Origin: Bacteriovoracia bacterium
GTDB lineage: Bacteria > Bdellovibrionota > UBA1018 > JBFWNL01
Assembly: GCA_050251055.1 (NCBI GenBank)
Contig: JBFWNL010000007.1
Location: forward strand, 96,001-160,000
DNA: 64,000 bases
Direction: 5' to 3'
The notes beneath the pieces were generated by a model that was given only the letters and a program-made list of their open reading frames with translations, was not told the origin of the DNA and did not search any database. Positions 63,056 through 64,000 of this stretch are shown piece by piece. The position numbers were made by a program, and so were the translations under genes. Numbering within the stretch: position 1 is the stretch's first letter; the number at the start of each line of letters is the position of its first letter.

Positions 63056-64000
63056 TGAACCGCCGCGAATTCGTGCAAGTCGGCATCGCCGGTCTGGGGA
63101 GCCTGATGATTCCGCGTTGGGCATTCGCCTTTGGCAATGCTCCCGCGCCGGGCTTGGAGAAAGACCCTCATTTCTTCCTGCAGATTTACGTCGATGGTGG
63201 AATGGATCCTACCTACCTTTTCGATGCGCGTCCCTTGGCCATGACCCAGGCGGGCAAACTGCAGAACTATCTGGGTGAGGAGCCCAAGCTTTGGGAAGGC
63301 GTGAATGGCGGAAAGTGCTGGGCGACGAAGCTCACCGACAAGCTCGTTCCTTTCCGCGAACGGTTTTCTATCGTCAATGGTGTGCAGATGTCCTTAGGCT
63401 TCGATGGCCATGGCCAGAACGTCAATTATCTGCTCACCGGCGATCCGTTCGGGGGGGATTCGTTCATTCCTCATTTGAATTTGTACGGTCGTATGGGAGA
63501 AGGGCGGGACGCCGTCTATCTCATCGATGCGGTTCAGTCAGGAACGGTCTATGCGGATGTCCGCAATGACGGCAAGACGATCCCGCTTTCGGCTGACGCG
63601 GTGACGAAGTTTGTCGCCAAACTCAAGTCATCCGCACCGCTCGATATCGATAGTCCGGTGAGTCGTTTCTTGAGCTCCCGCATGGAAGCCAACGCCCGGG
63701 GCGCGGGTCGATTCTCTCGGGCGGCGGCGGCCATGCAGCTTGGGTTCACGAATGCGCCCACGCTCGTCGAGCTCTTGAAGAATGCCAGCGTCGAGGCGGA
63801 CCCAAAAGACTCCGGCGAGTTGCGCTTCGTGAAGTTAGTCGGGGAGCTGTTCCGGCGTGGTCTCATGCGTTCGGCGATTTTGGTTCCCCAGGTGGGTTTG
63901 GTGGATACACATGATGGCGGCAGCGCTAAGCAGCAGCCAGAGCTCTACGAGAAGGTATCGTCGGTCATCGCCACGATCCTCCAATCCCTTCAGGCGCTGC
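63052..64000 (+). CDS. Tat-exported DUF1501 family protein; runs off the window end, absent from the ORF track
   Basis: Manual translation: MMNRREFVQVGIAGLGSL (twin-Arg)...HFFLQIYVDGGMDPTYLFDARP...VDTHDG; ATGA overlap with the previous stop. Confidence 0.85.
   Translation, partial: MMNRREFVQVGIAGLGSLMIPRWAFAFGNAPAPGLEKDPHFFLQIYVDGGMDPTYLFDARPLAMTQAGKLQNYLGEEPKLWEGVNGGKCWATKLTDKLVPFRERFSIVNGVQMSLGFDGHGQNVNYLLTGDPFGGDSFIPHLNLYGRMGEGRDAVYLIDAVQSGTVYADVRNDGKTIPLSADAVTKFVAKLKSSAPLDIDSPVSRFLSSRMEANARGAGRFSRAAAAMQLGFTNAPTLVELLKNASVEADPKDSGELRFVKLVGELFRRGLMRSAILVPQVGLVDTHDGGSAKQQPELYEKVSSVIATILQSLQAL

Noticed and set aside
63291-63866. ORFs 63291-63569 (+) and 63549-63866 (-)
   Set aside because: They lie within the DUF1501 gene in other frames.

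Overview
GC-rich bacterial chromosomal segment with no CRISPR array, prophage, integrase or transposase recognised. Housekeeping genes (typA, mutY, mutS, pyk, serB, hisS, dut, map, lepB, tRNA-Arg(UCG)) are interspersed with many secreted or lipoprotein orphans: a Big_2 Ig-repeat adhesin, a beta-helix protein, a LamG-like protein, a beta-propeller, a giant metzincin with a beta-barrel partner, an S1/P1 nuclease and an ENPP. This mix suggests a Bdellovibrionota/Oligoflexia-like organism (inference only). Operons include a gamma-glutamylation amine-catabolism cluster (5993-10706), an oxyR/ahpC-ahpD-dps peroxide locus, and a diheme-lipoprotein/unknown/Tat-DUF1501 triad that runs off the right edge. 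Two real genes are missing from the ORF track because they cross the window edges (<1-3826 minus; 63052->64000 plus). Non-coding signals read from the sequence: several sigma54 -24/-12 promoters with IHF-like and enhancer-like sites in front of orphan genes, two sigma28-type promoters, many apparently leaderless genes, a probable CTG start for serB, a 42-bp-arm inverted repeat, and a tRNA trailer complementary to the tRNA's own CCA end. All family assignments come from motif recognition by eye; no database search was run.
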